Source: Acidobacteriota bacterium
Lineage (GTDB): Bacteria > Acidobacteriota > UBA6911 > RPQK01 > CBDAPI01
Length of the DNA: 64,000 nt
Direction of reading: 5' to 3'
NCBI GenBank assembly: GCA_965197285.1
Contig: OZ240092.1
Span: 2,660,280-2,724,279 of the forward strand
Positions 20,329-29,550 of the stretch are shown here, in pieces (positions within the stretch are counted from its first letter, which is position 1; every line of letters begins with the position of its first letter). The position numbers and the translations under genes are program-made. The notes under the pieces were generated by a model. That model was not told where the DNA came from and did no database searches. It saw nothing but the letters and a program-made list of their open reading frames with translations.

Positions 20329-21327
20329 TCAAAAGTTCTCCTTTTCGGGAGGGTTGATCCAGACCGCCTCGGGAAGAGGAGGAGGAACGGGTTTGCCGTT
20401 GGGAAATCTCTCCGGGAAGAGTGCATGGGCGGCCTCCAATGTTTGGGATCGATCGCGACGGGTGGTGATGGCGGTGAGGTAGTGCACATCCGCGGGAGTG
20501 TGCAGGCCGATACCCGAATGGCGATGGTCGCGGTTATACCAATCGAAGAAATCCCGACAGAAGTCTCTGGCTTGCTGAATGGTGCCGAAACGAGCCGGGA
20601 ATTCGGGACGGTACTTGAGGGTCTTGAATTGGGATTCCGAGTAGGGATTGTCGTCACAGACATGAGGCCGAGAGTGAGACTTGGTGACTCCCAGATCGGC
20701 CAGTAGCAAGGCCAGTGCTTTGGAACTCATCGACGAGCCACGATCGGCATGCAGGGTGAGACCACCCGCTACGATCTCCTGCTTGGAGTAGCTCTGGGCG
20801 ATCAAGACCTTGGCCAGGCGGGAGCTTTCCTGGGTGGCCACCATCCAGCCCACCACATAGCGGCTGAAGATGTCCAGGATCACGTAGAGGTAGTAATAGC
20901 TCCATTTGACGGGCCCCTTCAGCTTGGTGATGTCCCACGACCAGCATTGGTTCGGGCCGGTGGCCAGAAGTTCCGGCTTGGAGTATTGGGGATGGCGGCG
21001 CTGGCGACGGCGTTCTCTAACTTCCAGACGTTTGGCCAGAATGCGGTACATGGTTCGAATCGAGCACAAGTATCGCCCTTCGTCCAGCAGCTCCGCCCAT
21101 ACGGCGGCAGGAGCTTTGTCGATAAACTGTCGGCTGTGCAGGACCTCCACAACGGCTTCCCTTTCGGGCGGGCTCAAGGCGCGTGGGGATGCGGCCCGAG
21201 GCCGAGGATCCAGCGCCGGCCGTTCGCGCCGAAGTTTCTCCCGATACAGACTCGATGGCGGCAGATCCAGAGCCTGACAGCCGGCACGGACTCCGTGGGA
21301 TTGTGAGAATCGCAAAGCTTCGTCCAT
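20329..21327 (-). CDS. IS3 family transposase OrfB (DDE integrase)
   Basis: Integrase core motifs (WSWDITKL...HADRGSSMSS...YSESQFKTLKY). Confidence 0.85.
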   Translation of the reverse strand: MDEALRFSQSHGVRAGCQALDLPPSSLYREKLRRERPALDPRPRAASPRALSPPEREAVVEVLHSRQFIDKAPAAVWAELLDEGRYLCSIRTMYRILAKRLEVRERRRQRRHPQYSKPELLATGPNQCWSWDITKLKGPVKWSYYYLYVILDIFSRYVVGWMVATQESSRLAKVLIAQSYSKQEIVAGGLTLHADRGSSMSSKALALLLADLGVTKSHSRPHVCDDNPYSESQFKTLKYRPEFPARFGTIQQARDFCRDFFDWYNRDHRHSGIGLHTPADVHYLTAITTRRDRSQTLEAAHALFPERFPNGKPVPPPLPEAVWINPPEKENF

Positions 21328-21827
21328 CAGCTCTCGTCTCCGTTCTCTTCGCTGCTCGCCAGAGAGATTCCCAACAGTTGCGAGACTTTTTTTTGGAGAT
21401 CCAGCATGGCTTCAAACTTCTCGAGCTTGCGTTTCAGCTTCCGATTCTCAGCCTCCACTTGCCTCAGTTGATGATCCAGAGGATTGACCGGCTTTGCCTT
21501 TCGTCCCCGCTTGCGAGGGGTCAATGCCTGCAGAGTTCCGTGCTCGCGTTGGCGTCGCCAGGTCTGCAGATTCGACCAGTAAAGTCCTTCTCGGCGCAGT
21601 AATGCTCCCACTTCGCCCGACTCTTCGCAGCCATCGGCCTGCTCCAGGACCCGGAGCTTATAGCGGGCTGAAAACCGGCGACGGGTTGCCTTGGCAGGAA
21701 CTTCCGGGTCGGGTCGCGGCAACGCCTTCTCGGGCTCGGTCCGTCCCGCAGCGATTTTGGAGACCTCTCCCCTCCGCTCCGAGGTTTCCAAAATCCTCAG
21801 TTTCTTGTCGCTTCTGTTTTCTATCAT
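21327..21827 (-). CDS. IS3 family transposase OrfA
   Basis: HTH (RRRFSARYKLRVLEQA) and leucine-zipper region. TGATG stop/start overlap with orfB. Confidence 0.8.
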   Translation of the reverse strand: MIENRSDKKLRILETSERRGEVSKIAAGRTEPEKALPRPDPEVPAKATRRRFSARYKLRVLEQADGCEESGEVGALLRREGLYWSNLQTWRRQREHGTLQALTPRKRGRKAKPVNPLDHQLRQVEAENRKLKRKLEKFEAMLDLQKKVSQLLGISLASSEENGDES

Positions 21828-22004
21828 TCTGTAATCCAGCTTCTCGCCCTCTACTCTAATTTAGCCGGGAAGAAGTGTCTCACCATTATTGGCACAGAGG
21901 GTCACTGGAGAGCGGATGAACCGCCTAGCGACAAGATGGCTTCCTGCACTGCGAGTTGTACACCCTTATCCCGAACAGCGACTGCGCGTTATTACCTGAG
22001 GTAA

Positions 22005-22076
22005 GAGCCCAGTGCGGTAGTTCCGCTCGCTGGGATCTGTGCGGGGGGCGATCCGAAAGGATCGTCCCTACCGCGA
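22005..22076 (+). other. group II intron domains V and VI (putative catalytic hairpin and branch-point hairpin)
   Basis: DV is GAGCCCAGUGCGGUAGUUCCGCUCGCUGGGAUCU, 34 nt with an AGC triad and a 3'-side bulge. DVI is GCGGGGGGCGAUCC-GAAA-GGAUCGUCCCU[A]CCGC. The intron then ends ...GAC at 22077. Confidence 0.55.
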
Positions 22077-22077
22077 C

Positions 22078-23039
22078 GTAAGAAGGATGATCCGGAAGAT
22101 TCGGACTTGTTGCTGGAGCTGGTGTACAGACACCGGGATCGATTGCGTTGTTGGAGACCGGAGGCGGCCCAGACCCGGGAGCTGGCGCTGTTGGTGGAGG
22201 GGCGACGCCAGTTGGTGGAGAGGCGCAAAGAACTGGTGCAGCAACTGCGCGGGGTCTTGAAGAGCTACTATCCGCAGCCTTTGCAGTGGTTTGCAAAGTT
22301 GGATGGGCCGCTGGCTCTGGAGTTTTTGAGGCGCTGGCCCACCTTGGAGCAGGCTCGCAAAGTGCGGATCGATGTACTGGGTCGCTGCATGGCACGACAT
22401 CGAGTACGCTGTGCCGAGACGAAGCTGCAAACATTGCTCGAGCAGATCCGTGCCAGTTACCCACTGACCCAGGATGAGGCTCTCATTGGAGCCGGTTCAC
22501 TGAAACTGGTGGGCCTGGTCGAACAGCTCTCGGTTCTGCTGCCGATCATCAAACGCTACGACAACCGCATTGCCACGCTCTTCGCCGAGCATGAAGATGC
22601 CGCTCTGTTTGCAAGCTTCAGCGGAGCCGGGCCGGCTCTGGCTCCTCGCTTGTTGGCGGCCTTCGGGTCGGATCGCAGTCGCTTTGAGGATGCTGAAGAG
22701 GTCCAAAAATGGAGCGGCATCGCTCCCGTAACACGAAAGAGCGGACGAAGTTCTCAGGTGGTCTGGCGTCGAGGCTGTCCCAAGTTTATTCGCCAAACCT
22801 TTCATGAGTTTGCGGCCTGCTCAATTCCGCAATCGTCCTGGGCTCGTGCTTACTACCTGCAGCAACGTCAGCGCGGTCTCAAACACCACGCTGCCGTTCG
22901 ATCTTTAGCTTACAAATGGATTCGCATTCTCTTCCGTTGCTGGATGGATCGAGTCCACTATGACGAGGAACTCTACTGCCGGAGTCTCCAGAGGAGCAAC
23001 TCTCCTCTTGTGGCTCTGATGCAACCGGCTTGTGGATAA
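22078..23039 (+). CDS. IS110-family transposase, exon 2 (C-terminal domain)
   Basis: Coiled-coil linker and IS116/IS110/IS902-type C-terminal domain (SFSGAGPALAPRLLAAFG...RSLAYKWIRILFRCW). Confidence 0.7.
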
Positions 23040-23114
23040 GCTTCAAAAAAAAGGGAGACAATTCTCTTGACTTATGAGCTCAGATGTCTCCCACACCTGA
23101 AACGTGGAACCTCC

Positions 23115-24881
23115 TCACAGAGGCCAGAGAACCGGGACCAGCAGCAGCAGCACGACGACGACGATGGCACTGAGCGGCACGCCGGAGATCAGAAAGTCCC
23201 GGAATCGATACTTGCCGGGACCGAACACGAGAAGGCAGGCGGGTTCAAAGGGGGCAATCAGGGAAACCGAAGCCGCCAGGGTGACCAGAACGGCAAGGCT
23301 GCGGGGGTTAATGTCCAGTTGCCCCGCGGTTGCCACGGCCACCGGAAGCACCACCAGGACGGCTGCCGCGTTGGACATGGGCTGGGTCAGCAGCATGGTG
23401 AGAACCACGAACCCGGCCAGTACCCAGTACAGCCCCAGGGGAAGAGCCCACTGCACGATCAGGTCGGCCAGGTAACCGTCGGCCTGTGTTTTCTGCATGG
23501 CCAGCCCGAAAGCGGTCATCCCCCCGATCAGGACGATCAATCGCCACTCGATGAAGCTGTAGACTTCTTCCACCGTTACGCACTGGAGCAGGACTACGGT
23601 CAGCGCGCCGAGAAGAAAAGCGATCGAGAGCGGAACCACCTGGAGTCCCCCCAGCAGCACGGCCAGTCCCAGAGCTCCCACCGCATAGATGCCACGCCGC
23701 TTGCGTAAAAGGGAGTGCTCGCTCTCCTCCAGAATCCACAGATCGCGAGCCTCCTGTAGAGGCCCCAGGCGATCGGCCGGACCCTGCAGAAGAATTACGT
23801 CGCCCACCCGGAAGCGAAGATTCGCCAGTCCTTCCACCAGGCTCACTCCCTGTCGGTAGACGGCAAGGACCGAGACACCGTAGCGCTGCCGAAACTTGGA
23901 TCTCCGGATGGTGTGACCGATCAGCGTGGATCGGGGCATGATGATCGCCTCCACCAGCTGGATGGTGTCCGTGACCAGATCAGTGTCGTCGAGCGGCCCG
24001 TCGGCCTGAATCACCAGATCGGGGGTTTCCCGAACGTAAAGGAGACCGTCGCGGGTGGTTTGAACGATCAGCCGATCCCCTTCCCGAAGCCTCCTCTGCG
24101 GTCCCGGGTATATTCGCCGGTCGTTCCGCTGGATGGACAGAACTGTCACTCCGCGGTCTCCCAGAGGAGTCTCTTCCAGGCTTCGCCCGACCAGGGTGGA
24201 TCCTTCAGGCAGGACGACCTCGCTCAGGTACTCCTTGATGCGGTACTCCTCGGTCAGAGTAGCCGGGCCGGTGCGGGGCAGGAGTCGCCGGCCCAGGATC
24301 GCCATATAAAGGGTTCCGATCACGACCAGAACCAGGCCGATCTGAACGAATTCAAAGAGAGAAAAGGGCTCCATCCCCATTTTCTGGATCATTCCGCTCG
24401 CCGCCAGGTTGGTGGAGGTGCCGATCAGGGTGCAGGTTCCGCCCAGCATAGAGGCGAAGGCCAGCGGTATCAGGACCCTGCCCGGACTGACCCGGCTCTG
24501 CCTCGAGAGTCCCAGCACCGCGGGCAGGAGAATCGCAACAGCCGTCGTGTTGCTGAGGAACGCGGAAAGAACGGCCGACAGGAGCATGACCGAGACGAGG
24601 ATTCGCAGCTCATTCCCACCCACGACCTGGTGGATGGCCTGACCGAGCCAGTTCATCACGCCGGTTTTCACCAGGGCGGCCGACAGGACGAAGATCGAAC
24701 ACAGGATGATGATGATCTCATTGGCGAAGCCCGCGAAAACTTCCTCCGCGGTCAGGATCCCGGAGAGGGCCAGGGCCGCCAGAAGGAGAAGGGTGACCAG
24801 GTCGACGGAGAGCCATTCCAGCAGGAACAGAACCAGAGCCGCCGCCAGCAGTAGAAACAGGATTAGAATCTCAAACGTCAT
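23115..24881 (-). CDS. anion permease of the ArsB/NhaD/SLC13 (DASS-like) superfamily with two internal TrkA-C (RCK_C) domains
   Basis: 588 aa. Multiple TM helices flank two cytoplasmic regulatory repeats (VLIPL...LVGRSLEE, VLAVYR...LLQG). Confidence 0.7.
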   Translation of the reverse strand: MTFEILILFLLLAAALVLFLLEWLSVDLVTLLLLAALALSGILTAEEVFAGFANEIIIILCSIFVLSAALVKTGVMNWLGQAIHQVVGGNELRILVSVMLLSAVLSAFLSNTTAVAILLPAVLGLSRQSRVSPGRVLIPLAFASMLGGTCTLIGTSTNLAASGMIQKMGMEPFSLFEFVQIGLVLVVIGTLYMAILGRRLLPRTGPATLTEEYRIKEYLSEVVLPEGSTLVGRSLEETPLGDRGVTVLSIQRNDRRIYPGPQRRLREGDRLIVQTTRDGLLYVRETPDLVIQADGPLDDTDLVTDTIQLVEAIIMPRSTLIGHTIRRSKFRQRYGVSVLAVYRQGVSLVEGLANLRFRVGDVILLQGPADRLGPLQEARDLWILEESEHSLLRKRRGIYAVGALGLAVLLGGLQVVPLSIAFLLGALTVVLLQCVTVEEVYSFIEWRLIVLIGGMTAFGLAMQKTQADGYLADLIVQWALPLGLYWVLAGFVVLTMLLTQPMSNAAAVLVVLPVAVATAGQLDINPRSLAVLVTLAASVSLIAPFEPACLLVFGPGKYRFRDFLISGVPLSAIVVVVLLLLVPVLWPL

Positions 24882-24974
24882 CGATCGCCTGTCGGGCGTC
24901 GTGCTGTTGCACCCTCTGCGAGCCCGGGCCTCCCGGCGCCATGCGGTCCTTGAGACTCAAGAGCGAAAAGAAGG

Positions 24975-25598
24975 CTATCCCACACCCACCGGGCAGCCGA
25001 CGCCGGTGCCTCCCAGCCCACAATAGCCAGCCGGGTTCTTGGCCAGGTACTGCTGGTGGTAGTCCTCGGCATAGTAGAAATCGGGAGCTGCCAGAATTTC
25101 CGTCGTGATCGCACCGAAGCCGGCGCGGCGGAGCTCGACCTGATAGGAGTCGCGGCTGGCCAGAGCCGCCTTCATCTGCCCCTCGGAATGACAGTAGATT
25201 CCCGAGCGATACTGGGTGCCGACATCGTTTCCCTGTCGCATCCCCTGACTCGGATCATGATTCTCCCAGAAGAGATTCAGCATCCGATCGTAGCTGGTCC
25301 CGGAAGGGTCGAAGACAACCAGGACGACCTCCGTGTGGCCGGTCATCCCTGAGCAGACCTCACGATAAGTGGGGTTCGGGGTGAAGCCGGCGGCGTAGCC
25401 CACAGCTGTCGTAAATACCCCGGCAGCCTCCCAGTACTTCTTTTCGGCACCCCAGAAGCAGCCCATCGCAAAAAGTCCCTTTTCCAGCCCCGTCGGGAAG
25501 GGGGGGCGAAGGGGCGAATTCAACACGAAGTGCCGTGCGGCCACGGGCATTTCCTCCTCGCGTCCGGGCAGGGCTCGTTCCGCGGTGGTCATCCTCAT
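24975..25598 (-). CDS. msrA: peptide methionine sulfoxide reductase MsrA (the ORF track extends to 25802, but the upstream part is probably not coding)
   Basis: GCFWGAE active-site motif and conserved MsrA core through ...[10 protein letters not shown]. Confidence 0.85.
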   Translation of the reverse strand: MRMTTAERALPGREEEMPVAARHFVLNSPLRPPFPTGLEKGLFAMGCFWGAEKKYWEAAGVFTTAVGYAAGFTPNPTYREVCSGMTGHTEVVLVVFDPSGTSYDRMLNLFWENHDPSQGMRQGNDVGTQYRSGIYCHSEGQMKAALASRDSYQVELRRAGFGAITTEILAAPDFYYAEDYHQQYLAKNPAGYCGLGGTGVGCPVGVG

Positions 25599-25761
25599 TT
25601 GGTGTGTTAAACGCATGCGCTGGTTTCCTCCCTGGCCAACCAGTGTAAACGGTTTCCGCTGCGGCGTCATGATCAGATCGCAGAACGTCTTCCAGCGCCT
25701 TGCGGGAGGTCCCGGGGAAGACTCGCCCCACCGCCGGGCCGGCGGAAGCGCAAGTCGTGCA

Positions 25762-27443
25762 CTACCTCGCGGGACTCCTCCACAGCCGGGCTCTCTCTCC
25801 ATCCGGCAGTGCCCAATCGCCGACCCGCTCCCACCTCTGCTCTCTCATCCTCAGCATGGCGTCAGGATTATGCTCGGTTATGAACGAGAGACCCTGATAT
25901 CCGGTCTTGGCCAGGATGAAGTCGGATGTCTCGAGGGGGTTTCGATAGGGCCCTTCGTTGAAGTCAAAGAAGCTGATCGTGCGTCCTCTCACAACCGCCT
26001 CCAGCTGGAGCGCGCCGGCATGAAACCGAGGCAGGGTGGGAAGCACCCCGACCCGGGCACTGTCGGGAACCGCGGCGACGATCTCGGACAGCTTCCAGCT
26101 CTCGGCAACGGGCGGTCCAGCAAGGTGGAAGTAGTGGTTGGCATAGAGAACCCACTCCCTCTGCAGGCTCTGAAAATCCCGATCTCCTTTTATCTCAAAA
26201 AGAGCAATCTTGACCGGACCGAAAAGGGGCAGTGAAAAGGTCAGAAACTGGACCAAAGCGATCGCGACGACCAGGCGGATCAGGCGCGGCCTGTCTTCCC
26301 AGAAATGAAAAAGCAACATCGCCAGCGGCGGCACCACAGGCAGTACGAATCGCGGATCCTTGGGTGTCAGGAAAATCAGCAGCACCAAACCGCTCAGGAG
26401 CCAGCTCCAGAGAAACAAGCGCACCGAAGCAGCAGCGGAGGCCGTGTTCTCGCCTCCAGAAACGTGGAACGTGGAACGTGAAGCACATTCCTGAACAGCC
26501 CAACCCCGAACAGCACGGTCAGGGGCAGATACAGAAAGTAGCTGGCCAGGACGCGAGGATAGTAAATCCAGCCCCAGATGTTGTCCAGCCCCGGCTCCCC
26601 GTGTCTGGGGTAAGGGCGCCAGGGAATCAACCCGGCCTGGTCTGTCGTGGGATAGCGGGAAAGCATGGCTGCCAGGTTCTGGATATAGTAAGGCGCCATC
26701 ACACCGAGGGCCACCAGGCCCCCAATCACCAGATTTCGCACGGCTCGCAGAGGCTGTTTCGAGGCCACGACGCCGAACACGACCGGAACCGCCAGATAGA
26801 TCGGAAACGTCCACTTGGTCAGGGCCCCCAGCCCACAGATCAGGCCGAACAGCAGGGTCCACCTCGTGCGGGTAAACCAGCGGCTTCGCAGGATCAGTCA
26901 CGCGCCCGCGGTAACCCACGCCGCCAGGGCCCCGTCCAGGAGGGCTTCCCGGTGGACCATGGCCACGGCCGGAAAGAGGAGCACGACAACGGCGGCCCAA
27001 CCCGCAGTGGAGGCCGACAGGAAATAACTAGATATCCGGTAGGTCGCGTAGGCGGTCAGGAGGACATAAGGGAAGTTGACGACGAGAGTCCTGAAGTCCG
27101 ATCCGGGCAGCAGCAGGTAGACGGCCGCTTCGTGCAGGTAGTAAAGGGGGGGATAAGCGGGTGAGAGAGTGGCAAATTCCGAGACCAGGGTCCCCTGGCG
27201 CAGGGCCTCGAGATAGGAAAGACCCATGAGCTGGTGGTAGGCCATGTCCCAGATAGGCGGAGCCTCGTTGAGTATTTCCCAGATGACGTTCACTGCCATG
27301 ACGACACAAAGACCCACCACACACCGCCAGTTCCTGAAGAAAGGCGGGATGGCTGGGACCGGATCAGACACCATTGGGCTTCCCCACCCGGGATTCCTCT
27401 GTCCGGCTCGCTTTCGGCTCGGTAGAGACCTGAAAGTCGACAT
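25762..27443 (-). pseudogene. GT39/GT83-like (PMT_2, ArnT-type) membrane glycosyltransferase, in three frames (at least two frameshifts)
   Basis: N-terminal part in 26898..27443 (YPPLYY motif). Middle part in 26394..26780. C-terminal part in the frame of 25762..~26450. One frame switch falls inside the 7-nt tandem repeat at 26461-26481. Confidence 0.55.
26461..26481. repeat. 7-nt tandem repeat (AACGTGG)x2+AACGTGA at a frameshift site in the GT39-like gene
   Basis: Seen directly. Both reading frames translate this stretch as ..RSTF.., as expected for an indel of one 7-nt unit. Confidence 0.8.
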
Positions 27444-28704
27444 CGACGGGCCACCGCATCTGTCCGTAGACCAGGCCCGTGTCGAGGAGATTGAAAATGT
27501 AGGCGTTATCGATCCAGTCCTCCACCGTGTGCTCCCAGATGCCTCCCCTGGAAACTGCCGGAGAGATGGTGTAGCTGCCGGGCCGTAGCGGGGGGGCCCG
27601 AAATCGGAACGCGACGGTGTGAATCTGGCCGGGATGGGCCTCCGGTAAGTGGATGCCTTCGTAGGTCGTATTGGAGGAGGTCATTTCATTGCCCAGGCGG
27701 TCCCGAACCGTGAAGCCGATGATGGGGTCCGCGATCTTCTGCTTGAAGCGCGCCGACACCAGCAGGCTGCATTCTCCACCGGCTGGAACCGAGTTCAAAA
27801 CCTCACCGTCCGACGCCAGAAGTATGATTCCAATGATCTCAGCCGACCCGTCCCCGTAGCGGTTGTGAATGTGGGGAATGGTCCGGACCACGGGCAGATT
27901 GCCGGCGGGGGAAGACGCCTTCTCCACGGCCCTGCCGGCGAGTTCTGCCTCGCGCCTGGCGACCAGGGCCTGGTAGCGCTGAACTACGCTCTCGGGAGTC
28001 CCCTCTTGCAGCTTTCGGCCGCCGTCCAGAAGTATGGCTCTAGAACAGTAGCTGGTGACCGCCTGAAGATCGTGCGTCACCAGCACGATTGTTTTCCCGG
28101 CGTCCCTGAGCTGGCGCATCCGGTGGATGCAGCGGTGCTGAAAAACCAGGTCTCCCACAGCCAAAGCTTCGTCGACCAGCAGTATCTCGGGATCCACATG
28201 GACGGCAACCGAAAAAGCCAGCCTCACGAACATTCCGCTGGAGTAGGTCTTGACCGGTTGATCAATGAACTCTCCGATTTCGGCAAAGTCCAGGATCCGG
28301 TCCATCCTGTGGAGGGTCTGGCGGTGTGACAGGCCCAGGACGGCGGCGTTGATAAAGATGTTCTCCCTTCCACTGAACTCGGGGTTGAATCCCGCACCGA
28401 GTTCCAGAATGGCGGCAACCGTGCCCTCGACTCGACAGCTGCCGGCGGTCGGCCGCAGGATCCCGGCCAGCACCTGCAGGAGGGTGCTCTTGCCCGACCC
28501 GTTTCGTCCCAGGACCCCTAGAGCCTCGCCGCGCGCGATCTCCAGATCGATGTCACGGAGGGCCCAGAAATCGCGGTGGAGCTTCCATTTCCGGAAAGAC
28601 AGGAGTTCGAAGAGCTTGGAGGAGGAACTCTCGTAAATCGGGTACTTCTTCGAGACATGCCGGAGCTGGATCACATTGTCCATAGCACTAGAACTAGAGG
28701 ACAT
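27364..28704 (-). CDS. wzt: ABC transporter ATP-binding protein for polysaccharide export (Wzt/TagH-like) with C-terminal Wzt_C-like domain
   Basis: Walker A GRNGSGKST, ABC signature YSSGM, Walker B ILLVDE, plus a roughly 170-aa C-terminal beta-rich extension. Confidence 0.8.
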   Translation of the reverse strand: MSSSSSAMDNVIQLRHVSKKYPIYESSSSKLFELLSFRKWKLHRDFWALRDIDLEIARGEALGVLGRNGSGKSTLLQVLAGILRPTAGSCRVEGTVAAILELGAGFNPEFSGRENIFINAAVLGLSHRQTLHRMDRILDFAEIGEFIDQPVKTYSSGMFVRLAFSVAVHVDPEILLVDEALAVGDLVFQHRCIHRMRQLRDAGKTIVLVTHDLQAVTSYCSRAILLDGGRKLQEGTPESVVQRYQALVARREAELAGRAVEKASSPAGNLPVVRTIPHIHNRYGDGSAEIIGIILLASDGEVLNSVPAGGECSLLVSARFKQKIADPIIGFTVRDRLGNEMTSSNTTYEGIHLPEAHPGQIHTVAFRFRAPPLRPGSYTISPAVSRGGIWEHTVEDWIDNAYIFNLLDTGLVYGQMRWPVDVDFQVSTEPKASRTEESRVGKPNGV

Positions 28705-29536
28705 CGACGAACTCTCTCTTCAGCAACCGGAACACAATGCCGCCCCCAACCAGGCTGGCAACCGCAAATCCGGTCAGCGCCAGGGGTATCCACAGCTCGG
28801 GCAAATGGTGCCCGATCAGCAGATCCTGGTAGCTCCTGACCAGGTAGGTCATGGGGTTGAGCCTCAGCACGGATGCGAGCCCTGGAAGCCGTTGCTCAAC
28901 ATGTTCGATTCGATAGAAAATAGGTGTGAACCAGAACCAGAGGATCAGCACCACGATCAGGAACTGGCTGGTGTCCCTCAGAAAGACGGTGAGGGCAGCC
29001 ATCAGCCAGGCGAGACCCAGGGTCCAGACCACCAGTAGAAACAGAAAAAAGGGAATCAGCAGGAGGTGCCAGCTGAGACCGTGAAAGAAAAACAATACGA
29101 CCACGAGCAGGCCCAGGCCGATCAAATGAGTGACGATGTTCGATCCTGCGATGACGACCGGAAGTATTTCTGAAGGGAATACCGTTCGACGAATGAGATT
29201 GCTGTGCTCGATCAACGTTGTCGCAGAGCGCTGGACCGTATCCTGGAAATAGAGCCAGGGCAGTAGTCCTGCGAACAAGTAGAGGACGAAGTGCTCGCTG
29301 TAGCGATCCCCGGTAAAACCAGGGCGAAACAGGATTGCAAAGATAAATGTATAGCTGATCAGAAGCACCAGGGGGTGAATCACGGCCCACAAAACGCCCA
29401 GGGTCGAGCCCAGGTAGCGAGTGCCCAGGTCCCGCCTGATGAAGCTGACGATCAGGCGATGCTGAAGGAAGAGCTTGGTCAGGAAGTTGGCGGCGATGGT
29501 GGGGGCATCCCCGATCGCTCTAGGATAAAGCTTCAT
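28694..29536 (-). CDS. wzm: ABC-2 type polysaccharide export permease (Wzm-like)
   Basis: 6-TM ABC-2 permease. Its start overlaps the wzt region. Confidence 0.8.
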   Translation of the reverse strand: MKLYPRAIGDAPTIAANFLTKLFLQHRLIVSFIRRDLGTRYLGSTLGVLWAVIHPLVLLISYTFIFAILFRPGFTGDRYSEHFVLYLFAGLLPWLYFQDTVQRSATTLIEHSNLIRRTVFPSEILPVVIAGSNIVTHLIGLGLLVVVLFFFHGLSWHLLLIPFFLFLLVVWTLGLAWLMAALTVFLRDTSQFLIVVLILWFWFTPIFYRIEHVEQRLPGLASVLRLNPMTYLVRSYQDLLIGHHLPELWIPLALTGFAVASLVGGGIVFRLLKREFVDVL

Positions 29537-29550
29537 AGACTCGGATCACT

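Larger units (their letters stand above)
20293..21872 (-). mobile_element. IS3-family insertion sequence, copy 2, nested inside the group II intron
   Basis: Terminal inverted repeats TGAGACACTT...TAAATTAcTGTAG (left) and the reverse complement of CTACTCTAATTTAGCCGGGAAGAAGTGTCTCA (right). orfA and orfB lie between them. Confidence 0.7.
18437..22077 (+). mobile_element. group II intron (bacterial, RT/maturase-encoding, no endonuclease domain) carrying a nested IS3 element
   Basis: 5' GUGCG at 18437-18441. Reverse-transcriptase ORF in domain IV. 34-nt domain V-like hairpin at 22005-22038. Domain VI at 22041-22076 has a bulged A 7-8 nt before the 3' end. Joining 18436 to 22078 keeps the IS110 ORF in frame (..FSPSG-KKDDPEDSDLLLELV..). 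Confidence 0.7.
18060..23060 (+). mobile_element. IS110-family insertion sequence interrupted by a group II intron (outer ends approximate)
   Basis: Transposase N-terminal DEDD region at 18133-18436 and C-terminal region at 22078-23039, separated by 3641 nt of intron. The IS110 family has no clear inverted repeats, so the ends are estimated. Confidence 0.65.

Noticed and set aside
22041-22076. GAAA-tetraloop hairpin initially considered as intron domain V
   Set aside because: It carries a 2-nt AU bulge on its 3' strand, 7 nt before the end, and is followed directly by the exon junction. That fits domain VI (branch A). The 34-nt hairpin at 22005-22038, which has the AGC triad, was assigned as domain V instead. 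Both assignments are unverified without a covariance model.
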